Source of the DNA: Octopus vulgaris
Taxonomy: Eukaryota
Direction of reading: 5' to 3'
DNA length: 64,000 nt
Assembly (NCBI GenBank): GCA_951406725.2
Contig: OX597820.1
Coordinates: forward strand, 118,420,001-118,484,000
The position numbers and the translations under genes are program-made. This document shows, piece by piece, positions 1 to 12,366 of this stretch. The first letter of the stretch is position 1; every line of letters starts with the position of its first letter. A model generated the notes under the pieces. It saw nothing but the letters and a program-made list of their open reading frames with translations, did no database searches and was not told the DNA's origin.

Positions 1-319
1 GTTCTACGTATGATTTCAAAGGATTAGGAATATATTTTTTGGAAAAAAAACACGGAAAAAGAAAATTGCATAGATTAGATATTCAGGTGAAGAACTTAGG
101 AAAGGAGATAGGAGTGGAATGATGAAGAATTAGCAGAGATGTGGGTCACGCGATTGGTTACTTTAAACAGAAGTACGAGAGGAATTTCTGTATAGCAATA
201 ACATGGAAGTACGGAATCGAGGTAAAGAATTAATGCCATAATCCTAGGTAGACAATGTTTGAATTGGAAGTTGATGGGTCATGGCCGGAATACATTTGAT
301 AATATATCTATGTTCGAAA

Positions 320-712
320 GCGGCGAGCTGGCAGAAACGTTAACACGCCGGGCGAAATGCTTAGCGGTGTTTTGCCTGCCGTTACGTTCTGAGTTCAAAT
401 CCCGCCGAGGTCGACTTTGCCTTTCATCCTTTCGGCGACGATAAATTAAGTACCAGGTACGCACTGGGGTCGATGTAATCGACTTAATCCGTTTGTCTGT
501 CCTTGTTTGTCTCCTCTATGTTTAGCCCCTTGTGGGTAATAAAGAAATAGGTATTTCTTCTGTCTTTACGTTCTGAGTTCAAATTCCGCCGAGGTTGACT
601 TTGCCTTTCATCCTTTCAGGGTCGATAAATTAAGTACCAGTTGCGCACTGGGGTCGATCTAATGGACTGGTCCCCTCCCCCAAAAATTTCGGGCCTTGTG
701 ACTAGAGTAGAA
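320..712 (+). mobile_element. tRNA-derived SINE, family A, with an internally duplicated body
   Basis: Head GGCGAGCTGGCAGAAACGTTA and B-box-like GAGTTCAAATCCC. Core AGGTCGACTTTGCCTTTCATCCTTTC...GATAAATTAAGTACCAG occurs twice. The same sequence recurs at 36320, 50017, 53195 and 62825. Confidence 0.85.
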
Positions 713-1345
713 AAAAATTTTTTTATGCTCGTTCAGGGCTCTGACAAATCGCAACGATCCCAACAATGACGAAGCTGTGATTAGTCAACGGACATACAAA
801 GAATGACCGCCAACACTCACACCGATTCTACCCCCCATCCCCAACGTCTTCTACTAAGAAAGACTAAATAATGCTGTACTGAATTCCACGTCCAATTGTA
901 AAAGTCTGGGCTTCATGTCTGCAGCGCTTTTTATAATGTGTTTTCTCAATGGTTAGGGATGAGCGTCAAATCAACGACAGCCTTGCGAGCCACAATATAA
1001 AAGGAACAAAAACAAAAAAAAGAGAAACAACGTCTACAGCAAAATTTTCATGAAGAATATATCAATAAAACACCAAATATCACACAAAAAAAAAGACAAT
1101 AAAAAAATCACAGACAGTGAAAGCAAACACAACAAAAATACTAACAGTGTTCCCAACAGGTATAAAGACAACAACAACAAGAGCAAGAACAAGAATAACA
1201 ACAACAATGATAGCAGAATCGGTAGAAGAAGTGTCTTCATATGTATAAGTAATAGACAAACAGCACCAAGAAAAAGAACGACAACAGCGCCGCAGACAAC
1301 AACGCCAACGACGACGACCACAAGAGTTACAACAGCAGTTGCAGT

Positions 1346-1377
<32 letters not shown>

Positions 1378-1625
1378 TAGCTGCGTAACGGCTGCAGCAC
1401 GAGAGGCAGCAGGAGCAATATTGATGATATGTTTAAAATCGATATGTTGTTCCACAGTAATTGGATTTTGCCACAAGGAAGCGAGAGTAATAGGAACTCA
1501 TAAATAAACTGTTAAACTATTTATTTATTTCACACATAGGACCATCCATCCACGCAGATACACGTATGCAGATATTAATATATTTACATACATACACACA
1601 CCCACACAAACCCACAGGCACACAG

Positions 1626-1658
<33 letters not shown>

Positions 1659-1738
1659 AAGGAGCACGTCCAAATATGTACGCATTAGACACCTACACAA
1701 ACACGCATTAACATATTGACAGACGCCATATATGTATG

Positions 1739-1777
<39 letters not shown>

Positions 1778-1935
1778 TCAGATATATACTCACTTATATA
1801 CACACACACATAAATATGTCTCTATGTGTGTTAGCGTGGTTGCATACATATTTTATAGGTGTACATGCATATGTATATATACATATATATATATATATTA
1901 TACTATATACATATACATTCATATATATATATATG

Positions 1936-2003
<68 letters not shown>

Positions 2004-3266
2004 TATACATATGTATATATACATATATGTATATGTATATATATACATACACACACACACATACACACACACACAAAATATATCACGTATCTTCAACGCA
2101 ACAATGACCGATTCACAACGACTGGCCTTTCATTCCAGAGATAGAAAAAATTCTTCAGTTACCCACCTCTTCTTTACAAAGTTCAGATGAGATCTATAAT
2201 GGAATGCAGTTTCGCATTTAGAACGGTGTTGCTGCTACTAATACAGGTATCCTAAACTACGTACAATCATGGCTACTCGTTTGATTGTTATCACCAACAC
2301 ATTACAATATCTGGTTCACAGACAAAATGTCTCCTCTCTCAGTCCTTTCTACCAGAACTACATTTGCCTCTGCTTTTCTGAGCTGGCTGGTCCTATGTCA
2401 CCTATTTCCAGGTAGTTTCCACTATTTACCATTCTTCTCTGTGTAATCCTTATTGTATCCGGCCCATTCAAAGATGGACGCTAACCACTTCACCCTCGTC
2501 CCTCTGAATGTCTCACTTTGCATATTGTTTTCTGTAGCCGAAGTTTGCCACAGTTCAAGACAGGGACATGGACCACATTGACCTGTGAAGGCCAATTCGT
2601 CCTGACCAATCCTATATAAAAATAAATATAAGTATACCTGCATTAAAATAGACATTGCGATCCTATTGGTACACATACACACACGCACACACACACGCAC
2701 ACACACACGCACACATACACACACACACATATATATATATCCCATAATATAAATATACATACATGCATAGAGCTTCTATCTTTCTGACCACTAGCTTCAC
2801 AAAGACAAAACGTGCTTATACTGTCTCCTTCATAAGCTCTTTCTTCCTAGCGTTCATAATAATTTATATACCATCTTGGCTTAACAGCCCTCACCGATTG
2901 TTTTACTGTTTTGTTCTCACTGTCCTGTTCTTGTTACCCCTTTCACCCTCCGCAAAAATTTTATGTAATTTACTTTGCGGGAAGGATTGTTTCAACGAAG
3001 CCGCGTCGTGCCCTGGCATTCGTAACGCGGAGTAGATAAAACAGCGACAACTGAATAAGGGAATATTCTTTATGTTGTATGTCTCGTTTCTCTATTTTTT
3101 TCGTTGTTCGGAAAAAAAAGTTCGTTTCTATGTTTTTATTTTTATGTTTTCGTTTCTCATTGTGTTCAACGTTTTTTTTTATCTCCTGTACCCATATATG
3201 CATGTATATATGCATATATATATATGTAGGTATGTACATATATGTATGTATATATGCATATATTTA

Positions 3267-3321
<55 letters not shown>

Positions 3322-3517
3322 TAAAACGGTAAGATAAAAGAAAGAAAGAGACTTCAATATTATGTAAATAGAGGAATTTATCTGTTAATGTAATATGTGA
3401 CAATTATTCGGTAGCCCAAAAAACCCCACAGTTTTATCTTGGCCACCGATTAATTGTCACATATTACATTTACAGATAATATATATATATATATCTATAT
3501 CTATCTATCTATCTATC

Positions 3518-3612
<95 letters not shown>

Positions 3613-3655
3613 AAAAAATGAAGTTCGAAAATGCTGCTGTATTATACAATTTTTA

Positions 3656-3727
3656 ATTTTTATATATACATTATAACATGTTTCAGTTCCTGAAATGAAC
3701 CTTATCAAAAAAAGTTATATATAAAAA
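3656..3727 (-). ncRNA. Type I hammerhead ribozyme-like motif (U3-A8 variant) in the PLE 3' region
   Basis: Minus strand reads TTGATAA-GGTTC-ATTTCAG-GAACT-GAAACATGTTA. Stem II is GGTTC/GAACT, stem III is the palindrome AACATGTT, and the distal stem I is TTTTTATATATA/TATATATAAAAA. Confidence 0.65.
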
Positions 3728-4069
3728 GAGACAGCTCATGCCGTCAAACACAAGAAATTCATTTATAATACACAACGGAGTCAGACATCTTAGAGTTCAT
3801 GTATAGTTGATATATAGTTTGAAGTGTATATGTTCAAAGTGTTCGATGCAGTGGCCCACGGTGGCGATACGTATTCAATACAAAAAACAGATCAAAGTGG
3901 TGGAAAGCGGTCAATACAGAAGATTGATGTTTCCGAAAGAGCGAGGAATTCATTTTTACCTTAAGCAATTGTGATGACCCATGGTGGAAGTTCGCTGGGT
4001 GGTTCTAGTGGGTTTTTGTGAAATGCTCGGTTTTATAATGCCTGTTAGGTGGTCAATCTAGCGTAGCGT

Positions 4070-4401
4070 GACGTCATCAATGTTTTGACCAATCGTTTCG
4101 TTAGGTGGCTTTAATCAAGTGGAACGGGACGTCATCATTATTTTGACCAATCGCTGCATTATAACTCCCTCTTGTTTGTTTCCTGTCTTGACCAGTCGCT
4201 TCGTTAGTCAAGCATAGCAGGACGTCATCCAGATTCTGCCCAATCACGACTTATAGCTACATTAGATCTGCCCCCTGTCTGTACTTGTTAGGTGACTATT
4301 CAAGCAGAAAAGGACGTCATCAATATTCTGACTAATGACTGTCCCCTGTTTGTATCCTGTCCATTCTAGCAGAGCTAGACGTCATCAACTTGTTGACCAA
4401 T
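4070..4401. promoter_or_regulatory. Array of five GACGTCA-N12-CCAAT modules in the PLE pLTR (candidate promoter/enhancer)
   Basis: GACGTCA at 4070, 4128, 4221, 4313 and 4378, each followed exactly 12 nt later by CCAAT (CTAAT in the fourth). Confidence 0.55.
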
Positions 4402-4569
4402 CAGAATCGGGTCTGACCCTTAGCTGTATCGTATGTATCAGGGTCAGATTTGCACGAAAGAATTTTTTTCCTTTTTTACTAAGGCATATTTCCGTCAGAG
4501 TGAGTGTCTGTTTGAAGTAGCGGCCGTGGTGAAATTTGGTTCTCCTTTTCGGAGGACTTATCTTTTGTT

Positions 4570-6867
4570 TTAGTATTCCTGGCCCAGGGTGTTTAAACTT
4601 GGTCTAAATTTTTTTATGAAATATAGTTCTTTATTTTGGCGTTGTGTGAAGGTTGCGTTGTCACTGAATTTATAGAGCGGGTTAGTTGTAAATTTCGGAT
4701 TTACATTTCCAGCACATCTATCTATGTGTCCGCTGACCGGTATTTTGCGGTAATCAGGGTTTCTAATTTGTGATTTATGCACCGCCATCCTGTTACGTAA
4801 GCTATTTTTTGTATGGCCTATATACTGCCTATTGCAGCCTGCGCATGTTATGACGTAAATTAAGTTTTCTGATGCGCAGGTGAAGTTTGTTCTAATGGTG
4901 AACTGGTGGCCTTGTTCCAGTATAAATTCTGATCCTTCTTTCAAGATGACACAGATTCCGCAGTTGGGCCTTCCACATTTTCTAACTGCTGGTTTTGTGG
5001 TTGATGTTGAGTGCAGTGTGGCTTGGGTTAAAATCCTTTTCAAGGATTTTGGTTGCCGTTTACTTTTAATGATGGTGTGTGTTTCGAGGATCCGGTTCAT
5101 CTTTGGGTCTCCCTTTAGTAGGGCTGTGCTTTGTAGTATGGTATTGAAGGCCTCATTGTTGAGTGGGTTGTGTGTAGAGATGTAGGGAAGGGTTTTTAAT
5201 TGTTCTTTCTTTTTTGGTTTTGTTTGTCTCAGGTCTTCTATACTTAATTTAAGTACCCGTTGGATTGCACTGTCTATTAGGGGCTGTGGATAGTTTCTAT
5301 TTGTGAGTGTGGTTCTAAGTTCCTGGAGACGTGTGTGTCGGGTGTTTGTGTCTGATATTATGGTGCAAATCCTTCTAGCTAAACAAAAAGGGACATTCAT
5401 TCTAGTGTGTCGTGGGTGGCATGAATCAAAGGGTAGGTACTGTTTAGAGTCTGTCGGTTTATAGTAGATATCTGTCTCTATTTTGTTGCCGGTTTTCTTA
5501 ATGAGGATGTCTAAAAATGGTAATTCTTTTTCGTTGTGGTCCATCGTGAATTGTATATTGTCATTTATTCCATTTAATAGAATTTTAAATTCCTCAAGTT
5601 TCTCTATGCCTTTGTCCCAGATGATGAAACAGTCATCGAGGTATCTTTTCCAGTTGTTATGGATATAGGTGGCGAAGGTGTTTCCATATTTCTCGAGTGT
5701 CATCCGGTATAGTATTTTCTCGAGGTATCCCATCACTAGGTTGGCAAAAGATGGTGCAGTACGCGTGCCCATCGCTGTTCCCGATCTTTGCCTGTAGAAA
5801 TCATTGTCAAAAATAAAATAATTGTTCTCTAAAATGAATCTAAGTCCTTCTATTATAAGGTCTTTGTTTATGCGAGTTGGGAGTTCAAAGGGGTAGTTAT
5901 TCAGCCAGAAGGTGATTGCTTCTATTCCTAGGTTGTGAGGGATGTTAGAATAAAGATTAACTACGTCGAATGATACTAGAAGGGTTTTCTCATTGACTGT
6001 TTTAGGGAGGTGGTTGAGCATATCTATATCGTCTCTTACGTAGCTTTTGATGTGTTTTAGGAAAGGTTTAAGAAGTGTGTCTAAGAAATTGCTGAGGCGG
6101 TGAGTTTCACATGCTGGCCCTGCTATTATCGGTCTTAGTTTAAGATCATTTGGTGAAGGGATTTTGATGAGTGTGTCGGTGGATGTTTTGCACGTTTCTC
6201 TAATGGTTTGGCTTTTGTGTACCTTAGGGATACCATAGAACAAACTCGATTTGCATTTGAAGTTAGTGATGTATTCATACTCCTTGTTCGTGAGTCCTTC
6301 TTGGTATGTGTTGATTAATGTCCTAAGGTTATGCATTATTTTTTGCTGGTTATACTGTTGGGCCCTTTCATAATACGTTTCATCTCTTAATAGGGATAGC
6401 ACTAAATTTTTATAATTGTTTGTATTCATTATTACTATCGCGTTGCCCTTATCTGCCTCCTTAATTGTTATTGTTTTGTCTTCTCTTAGTTTGATGAGGT
6501 CGTTCCATTCTCTTTTGTTGAAGTTAGGGCTGTGTTTTTGTTTCTTGATGAATTGAAACGGGAAATTAGTTATGTAGTCACAATAGCGGCCTAAGGCTTT
6601 ATTCTTACCTTTGGTGGGGGTGTAATTGCTCTTGTTTCTAGCTATTGAGTCCTCCTCTATTTGTTTGTCTTGAAATGCCTCGGTGAGTCTTAGTTTTCTG
6701 CAAAATTCCGAAATATCATCTTTCATTTCATAATAATTAGAACGTTGTGGGGTGGGTGTAAATTTAAGTCCTTTGGAGAGTATGCTTATTTCGTTAGGTG
6801 TAAGTTCTTTGTTTGAGAGATTGATTATCTTAATTACCTGAGGTTTCTTTTGTTTGTCCTTTGCCAT
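4570..6867 (-). CDS. PLE polyprotein: reverse transcriptase + Cys-rich linker + GIY-YIG endonuclease (765 aa from first Met; probably translated from a frameshift at 6897-6903)
   Basis: PLE RT motifs ADKGNAIVIM, LRPII, LVSFDVVNLYSNIP, QRSGTAMGTRTAPSFANL, RYLDDCF, LPFLD and YYKPT. Linker CGRPNCGIC. Endonuclease NLIYVITCAGCNRQYIG...R..H...H...E. No stops or frameshifts. Confidence 0.95.
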   Translation of the reverse strand: MAKDKQKKPQVIKIINLSNKELTPNEISILSKGLKFTPTPQRSNYYEMKDDISEFCRKLRLTEAFQDKQIEEDSIARNKSNYTPTKGKNKALGRYCDYITNFPFQFIKKQKHSPNFNKREWNDLIKLREDKTITIKEADKGNAIVIMNTNNYKNLVLSLLRDETYYERAQQYNQQKIMHNLRTLINTYQEGLTNKEYEYITNFKCKSSLFYGIPKVHKSQTIRETCKTSTDTLIKIPSPNDLKLRPIIAGPACETHRLSNFLDTLLKPFLKHIKSYVRDDIDMLNHLPKTVNEKTLLVSFDVVNLYSNIPHNLGIEAITFWLNNYPFELPTRINKDLIIEGLRFILENNYFIFDNDFYRQRSGTAMGTRTAPSFANLVMGYLEKILYRMTLEKYGNTFATYIHNNWKRYLDDCFIIWDKGIEKLEEFKILLNGINDNIQFTMDHNEKELPFLDILIKKTGNKIETDIYYKPTDSKQYLPFDSCHPRHTRMNVPFCLARRICTIISDTNTRHTRLQELRTTLTNRNYPQPLIDSAIQRVLKLSIEDLRQTKPKKKEQLKTLPYISTHNPLNNEAFNTILQSTALLKGDPKMNRILETHTIIKSKRQPKSLKRILTQATLHSTSTTKPAVRKCGRPNCGICVILKEGSEFILEQGHQFTIRTNFTCASENLIYVITCAGCNRQYIGHTKNSLRNRMAVHKSQIRNPDYRKIPVSGHIDRCAGNVNPKFTTNPLYKFSDNATFTQRQNKELYFIKKFRPSLNTLGQEY

Positions 6868-7818
6868 CGTGTGTCCCTGTTCCTGTGTGTGGGGTCTAAA
6901 AAATGGTTGGTGTAGTTATGTTCAAAGCTATTATTTATCTGTCTCATGTTGTTATAATTGTCAGAGTGAGTTTGTGGTGCTCTGTTCTGGAGTCTGTTGT
7001 TGAACCTAGTGTTACGTCTTAGTTCCTCAGGTGTATTGTGTTGGTAGTTGTTTCCTCCGTAGTGCATTTGTTGTTTGTTATGGTTGTATGGTTGGTTCCT
7101 GGGGTGGATGTTTGGTAGTAGCGTTTTGGTTTGGTTATGTGGGTTGTATTTTATAGTATTGTATGTTGTGGCCCTTAGGTTCGTGGAATGGTGTGGTGGG
7201 ACCCTATAAGTGTTTTGGGGTTGGTGTAGGTAGTGTGGGGTGCGTTTTAAATGCATTTTTCTGGTGTAGAGTGTGTTTGGATTTCTTGGTGGTTGTTCTG
7301 CTCTGTTGGTATGTCTATTTTCGAACTGGTGTGGTGGGCCTCTGTAGGTGTTTTGGGGTTGGTGTAGGTAGTGTGGGGTGTGTTTTAGGTGTACTTTTCT
7401 GGTGTAGAGTGTGGTCGGATTTCTTGGTGGTTGTTCCGTTCTATTGGTATTTGGTTTTGATTTGCTTAATTTTATGAAGGGGTTGTTGGATATGTGTTCA
7501 TTTTTGAAGTTGGTTTCATAATCTAGAAACCAGATGGCGCTCTTTTCCCATCGTTGGAGGGACTTAAGTTCCTCTTTTTCACATTCTTCATTCCATAGTG
7601 CTGTTAATGTTTCAGTATTGTTGTTGTCTATTAGTTTGATGACTTCTTCGTTGATTTCCTCGTCTATGGTTTTTACTTTTTCTTCATTCGTTTTAGCTCT
7701 CAGCTTAAGTAGTTCTATTTCCATCTTCATTTTTTCTAATGACATTTTTTCTCTAAGTTTTCTTTGTTCTTCTGGTTTTTCCGAGATGGGTTTGATTTGT
7801 AATTTACGGGGTATGTTT
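6834..7818 (-). CDS. PLE ORF1 (5'-truncated): coiled-coil domain followed by an N/Q/H/P/Y-rich disordered tail
   Basis: Open about 1 kb and overlapping ORF2. Charged heptad-like stretch EEQRKLREKMSLEKMKMEIELLKLRAKTNEEKVKTIDEEI. The predicted start MCMC lies in flanking microsatellite, so the true start is missing. Confidence 0.75.
7190..7450 (-). repeat. In-frame 138-bp (46-aa) tandem duplication within ORF1
   Basis: NRTEQPPRNPTTLYTRKVHLKHTPHYLHQPQNTYRGPPH versus NRAEQPPRNPNTLYTRKMHLKRTPHYLHQPQNTYRVPPH. Confidence 0.9.
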
Positions 7819-8445
7819 ATACACATACACATACATATATATGATTAAAGGGTATCCATTAAGTACCTAAGAACATCAAAGTGAAGCACACCACAATTAA
7901 TGCATTGAGACAATGACGCAAGTAATGGTAGTGAATTAATCCATTACCATAGCAACTTCTTTTAATATCCAAAGATACATGGAGCCATAAGTTTGGCGTA
8001 AAAGCATAATAGAAATAGACAAATGGCTTCTCAGTCACTGCTATAATTGTGACGTAAACATGGTACAGTCAACTATGTAGAATGCAAAACATACGTTAGA
8101 TTACGTAACACATTATGCAACTCCCAACTCATCAGGCTTAGCAAATGAACCAGCGATCAGCGGCACGCTGATGAATCAACCGTTCGTGGACAAATGAAAT
8201 TCCGAATCAGTTTTAGCAACGTTTAAGAATTGTAAAATGGGTGGAACTGTAATCACTAATCAGTCAATCAAGAGAGTGGAAGGAAGAATAATTAAAAGAC
8301 ATGTCTCACCTGAAGATGCCACTAAACGATTCTAATAACGAATATTATTATCACGCTACTGTAGAGAACGAAGCAAATCAATGAAATTCATGCAGATTCC
8401 ATTGATGGGTCAGATTACAATAATTGAAAATTATAGGGAGTGTGT

Positions 8446-8826
8446 GGAGGTGCAATGGCCCAGTGGTTAGGGTAGTGGACACGCGGTCGTAAGATAGCGG
8501 TTTCGATGCCCAGACCGGGTGTTGTGAGTGTTTATTGAGCAAAAATGCCTAAAGCACCACGAGGCTCCGGCAGGGGGGTGGGATGTGAACCCTGCTGTAC
8601 TCATTCACCACAACTTTTTCTCATTCTTTCTTCCTGTTTCTGTTGTACCTGTATTTCGAAGAGCCAACCTTGTCACACACTGTGTCACACTGAATCTCCC
8701 CGAGAACCACGTTAAGAGTACGCATGTCTGTGGAGTGCTCAGCCCCTTGCACGTTAATTTCACGAGCAGGCTGCTCCGTTGATCGGATCAACTGGAACCT
8801 CGTCGTCGCAACCGACTGAGTACCAC
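8446..8826 (+). mobile_element. tRNA(Arg)-like SINE, family B, full length with TSD
   Basis: A box TGGCCCAGTGG and B box GGTTTCGATGCC. ATAGGGAGTGT is duplicated on both sides. Homologous to copies at 26473 and 63679. Confidence 0.88.
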
Positions 8827-10138
8827 ATAGGGAGTGTAAGAAAATGTGAAAAGAATTTATAAGAATTAAAAGGCTATAAATGTTAAGGAATTTATAAGCA
8901 TTATAAAGGATTATAAATGCCATAACCAGGGAGAATAAAGCGAAGATTATAAAGCTACCACCGAAGGTGAAAAAGCACATCGATTAAAGTCACTAAACTG
9001 TAAATTATATATAATTACAACCATCATCATAGGTCATTAAAACTAAGGCTCCGTGAAAATAGAGTAAATATGATCAATTATTAGAATTAATAGTATTAGA
9101 AACAGCAGGTACGAGTCTTATTACCTGTAACTAAGGTCTTTATTGTATGGTTATAGTTACGAATCTGGCATTTTATATGAACGGCCGTACAAAATTAAAA
9201 TAAAAAAACAAAGTCGAATCAAGATAAGGTTTTAAATCATTGGGTATAGACAGGACGGTCATAGGTCTACTCGACCCAGTCCGACTTTCGGCCCAAAACA
9301 GAACGATAGCACTAACAGCATCAATGGCAACAGAAACAACTCATCACAAATAATATTTCACATTACCTAATATTTATAAAATAAAAACACAAACCATCAG
9401 ATAGTGGAATCGTACATAGGATTGTTGTCCAAAATGTTCTTGATATTTCTATAAACTTTTCTCGTACATTTTTGAAATAAAAATAAAGTAACATAGCTAT
9501 ATTGTTCAGATTTGATGAACTGATTAAACGAATCGATTATCTGGCCTCTAGATGGTTCGAGAGATTTAAGATAATCGATTCCTCACATAGTGTTTCCATC
9601 TTTTACTTCAATGCACCACCATCTGTCTATCTCATTCTCTCCTCTCTCTCACACACTTTTCTCTCTCTTTCGGTGTCTCTCTCTCTCTCTCTCTCTCTCA
9701 GTTCCACTCTCTCTCTCACTCCCTCTCTCTCTCTCTCACTCTCTCTCTCTCACCCCTCTCTCTCTCTGTCTCTCTCTCTCTATATATTTTTCTCTTTCTC
9801 AATATCTCAGGCGTACTTTTAATTTTGTTTCGCTCCGAGAAAATCCAATAACGTACTGAAGTCAATTTCGGGCTAAAAGTAATTTACTTGTTAATGAAAA
9901 TTAATTTTAAAATTAGACAAGCTCTTACAGTATTCAGGATATATACACACAACTCACAGACCTATCTCTTCATATATTCACACACGCTTACAAGTGCACA
10001 CACGCTCACTCACGCACACGCAGTTATGTACGTATACATGTGTGTATATGTGTATCTCTGCGAATGACTGTGTTTGTGCATGCAGTGATATGTACGTCAT
10101 TACGAATTCCATTGCATACATTTATGTGTATGTGCGTG

Positions 10139-10181
<43 letters not shown>

Positions 10182-10783
10182 GTAATATATACGTATACAT
10201 ACATATACATGTACATTTTCCTCGGAGAACTAAATAACCATTAGGTGTGTATAAACATATGTACATATGCGTATACAGGTACAGGTACGAGATGTGTATA
10301 CACTTATATCATGCCATGGTATATATACGTATGTGTGCACGTGTATGTCTTCTATATGTGTATACGCATATTTTTCTCTGATTTAAGATGTAAAATATAA
10401 AATTCAAAGACATCTAAACGCTTATATGGACGAAAGCACGTTTGTGGATTGTGCGTACATATAATATACATCCAGTAACACTTACCTCCAGATAAACATA
10501 CATGTGGCCACGTACACCTACGCTCACATGCACACTAGAAAGGCAAAGAAACGTAGATATACACATCTAAACACATATATAAATACACAGGAGTTCGCTT
10601 CTCAGCGTTGGTTTTTCCTTTTGATTTCCCAGGAAGGTAGTTATCGCTTAGACGGTTATACTGCTGGAATAAAATTATAGTCGAAGTCAACCCAATCATG
10701 GCCAACCCGTCTATTTGAAGGACTATATTACTAAACGTCCCTTTGGTGTTTGTAGGGTGTAGTGTGATTGGGAGGAGACTCCA

Positions 10784-12051
<1,268 letters not shown>

Positions 12052-12229
12052 TTAGTAGTTAAATGGTACCAATATTTACTGGAAAATAGCAATCGATACA
12101 ATAGCGTCGTATTTATATCGATTGCTATTTTCCAGTAAATATTGGTGCCTTGTTCTACCATTTATCTACTTTTATATGTATAATTTTACCCTTATGGGGC
12201 TTTACTGGAAAGTAATGCATTTGTATTGA

Positions 12230-12366
<137 letters not shown>

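Larger units (their letters stand above)
3609..7818 (-). mobile_element. Penelope-like retroelement (Neptune-type), 5'-truncated, flanked by microsatellite sequence
   Basis: Long RT + GIY-YIG ORF, an upstream overlapping ORF, about 960 bp of 3' UTR/pLTR with an HHR-like motif, and a 3' end abutting (TA)n at about 3608. Confidence 0.93.

Noticed and set aside
1050-1418. Low-complexity ORFs with poly-Thr/Ala/Cys
   Set aside because: Degenerate (CAA)/(CAG) trinucleotide repeats with no domain evidence.
8090-8330. Three CTGANGA motifs (8130 minus, 8168 plus, 8310 plus)
   Set aside because: Stems I and II are not convincingly paired or GAAA is missing, so they are compatible with chance.
8446-8520. 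tRNA gene-like sequences (also 26473, 31090-31163, 41042)
   Set aside because: They are SINE heads that continue into SINE bodies and lack a proper acceptor stem.
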